From positions 119,352,001 to 119,416,000 of the forward strand of contig CM059431.1 in the NCBI GenBank assembly GCA_030390025.1: a stretch of 64,000 nucleotides of DNA, read 5' to 3'. The notes beneath the pieces were generated by a model that did not search any database, had not been told where the DNA came from, and saw only the letters and a program-made list of their open reading frames with translations. Of the stretch, positions 62,400-64,000 are shown piece by piece. Position 1 is the first letter of the stretch. Each line of letters begins with the position of its first letter. Source of the stretch: Squalus acanthias. Lineage: Eukaryota. The translations under genes and the position numbers were made by a program.

Positions 62400-62536
62400 A
62401 GCCCAGGACAATTCTCCAGTGTTAGCTATGCCCAGATTCATTCCCAGCATTGCCAATGCCCAGGATCATTCCCCAGTGCCCCCAGTGCCCAGGATCATTC
62501 CCCAGTGCTGCCAATGCCCAGGATCATTCCCCAGTA
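62400..62536. repeat. Short tandem repeat (~29-bp unit, GCCCAGGATCATTCCCCAGT core)
   Basis: About 5 degenerate copies directly abutting the truncated LTR. Confidence 0.8.
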
Positions 62537-64000
62537 ATGCAGAGAAAAACTCAAATAGACTCGGTTGAATAGTACGAAATGGAAATCTTTATTGCATGGC
62601 GTCTAAAATCATGAAATACATGTCATAGGCGCAAATCAACGATAGTACAAGTATACATACATTCATAAAGCTTGGTCTGTGGAAATGGAGAACACACGGC
62701 ACATCGTAGAAAGGGGAACATATCTTAACCTTATTAAAACACCCTCCCTTAATAATACCTACACTACGTCTAGATTTGTAGGATCGGAAATCATGCTCAC
62801 CACTCGTTTAATTTCGGAGATTTTAAAGTGAGGCACTCGGCTCGTTTCACTGCAGCGCCTGACTGTCACGTGTTTGGAAGGGTCTCTGCACCCCACTTGT
62901 TTACTTTCGCTGCTGCGAAAAGCAGGCCAGACTCCCTGTTGTCATGAAGAACCCAACGGACCTCAGACACAGTTCAAAGAAGAGTCTTCCTGTGCTCAAT
63001 ACAGGTTGTCGGTAGACTTCAAAGAAAAGTTCTTTATTTATATTTTCGGGGCGCGGTCGGTGCTTACTGACCGTGGCGGCACGTGGATTCTTCTTCTCTT
63101 CTTCTCGTCTCGTCTCGTCTCTTCGGGCCTCCGGGTCCAGACACCGTTTACCGACACTCGTGATGGTGTACCCTGTTACTTGCCCTTGTCGGGGCGGCTC
63201 GTTCCGATTGAGCTCCACCCAACACTTGAATAACCGACCAGTACGGCTAAGAGTCAAGAGTCAGCAAAGTCCAGAGAGAAAATCAAGAGCCCACAAGTCA
63301 AAACGAGTTCATGAAGAGGCAAGCGAATAAGAGCATAAACCCTCAGCAGTCAGCAGCGAGATAAGAGCCAGCCGGGAGAATAAGAGACCGATGGACATTT
63401 GTTCTCTATAGTTATAGTGATGTGTCCTCTTATCTCCCGCTCAAATCTTAATGTTTGTCCTTTGTGTAATATTTGGCGCTCGAAACTCCCAGCATGGGGC
63501 GATTATCTTCTTTAACGGGTTTCGGTAGCACCTGAAACTGGCCAACTATCCGTTAATGTTTTCCCCATTGTTGACCCAGCCAGGATGTGTATGAATCGTC
63601 TCCCTGACTGGTTTTGGGGGCCCCCGAATACCGACTTAATCACCCGTCAATGTCTCTCTCATTGTAGAGCCGGGGGGGTATTTGTGTATTGATGTGTCTG
63701 GATGGGCCTTCGATTGCCCAGTACAATGATCCTTTCTGTGCATAGGAAAACGATTCCAGCACTTATATCTTTGCTATTGTTCCAAATGCAAACGGGTTGC
63801 ATCCTGTCTTTATCAGTGTTTACCGAGTATGATCCAATCTTATACTAAATGTATATTCAACACCATTTTGTCTGCCCACTGTGTCTCTGGAAGCTTCTGC
63901 CATGATGCGCGGTGGCCATTTTACAGGCTTCTGTGTCCTTTATTATAAGGACAGCATTTTGTTTAATAAAGCTGATCACACGAATCTGCTTCTCTTGTGT
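62535..64000 (-). mobile_element. LTR of the 22040-23616 family, U5 end missing, runs off the window
   Basis: Colinear with about 22196-23585. Confidence 0.9.

Noticed and set aside
62400..62536. CRISPR-like repeat array
   Set aside because: No unique spacers, no cas genes, eukaryotic context; simple minisatellite

Overview
Eukaryotic, repeat-saturated window, most likely a cartilaginous fish (shark), judged from V-SINE/HE1-like and Deu-domain SINEs, CR1/L2 LINEs, Penelope-like elements and PIF/Harbinger transposons with their MITEs. No host gene could be identified with confidence. The centrepiece is a complete, very young 9.3-kb provirus-like LTR element on the minus strand (10643-19929). 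It has two apparently identical 1623-bp LTRs, an AATG target-site duplication, a tRNA-Arg PBS and a PPT, and it encodes no pol. Its ORFs are (i) an intact coiled-coil Gag with overlapping PSAP/PPxY late domains and a zinc knuckle, (ii) an in-frame non-Pol ORF behind a single UGA-CUAG readthrough-type stop, which resembles a second copy of the Gag coiled-coil region, and (iii) an intact 783-aa Env of the paramyxo/pneumo/baculovirus F-like type (as in lokiretroviruses) with an N-terminal immunoglobulin-like domain. Three related LTRs elsewhere in the window conserve its splice donor, a U5 hairpin and promoter motifs. The window also holds a Penelope RT/GIY-YIG ORF that is still open, minimal hammerhead ribozyme motifs, a ~1.46-kb tandem segmental repeat riddled with nested insertions, and long purine-rich tracts.
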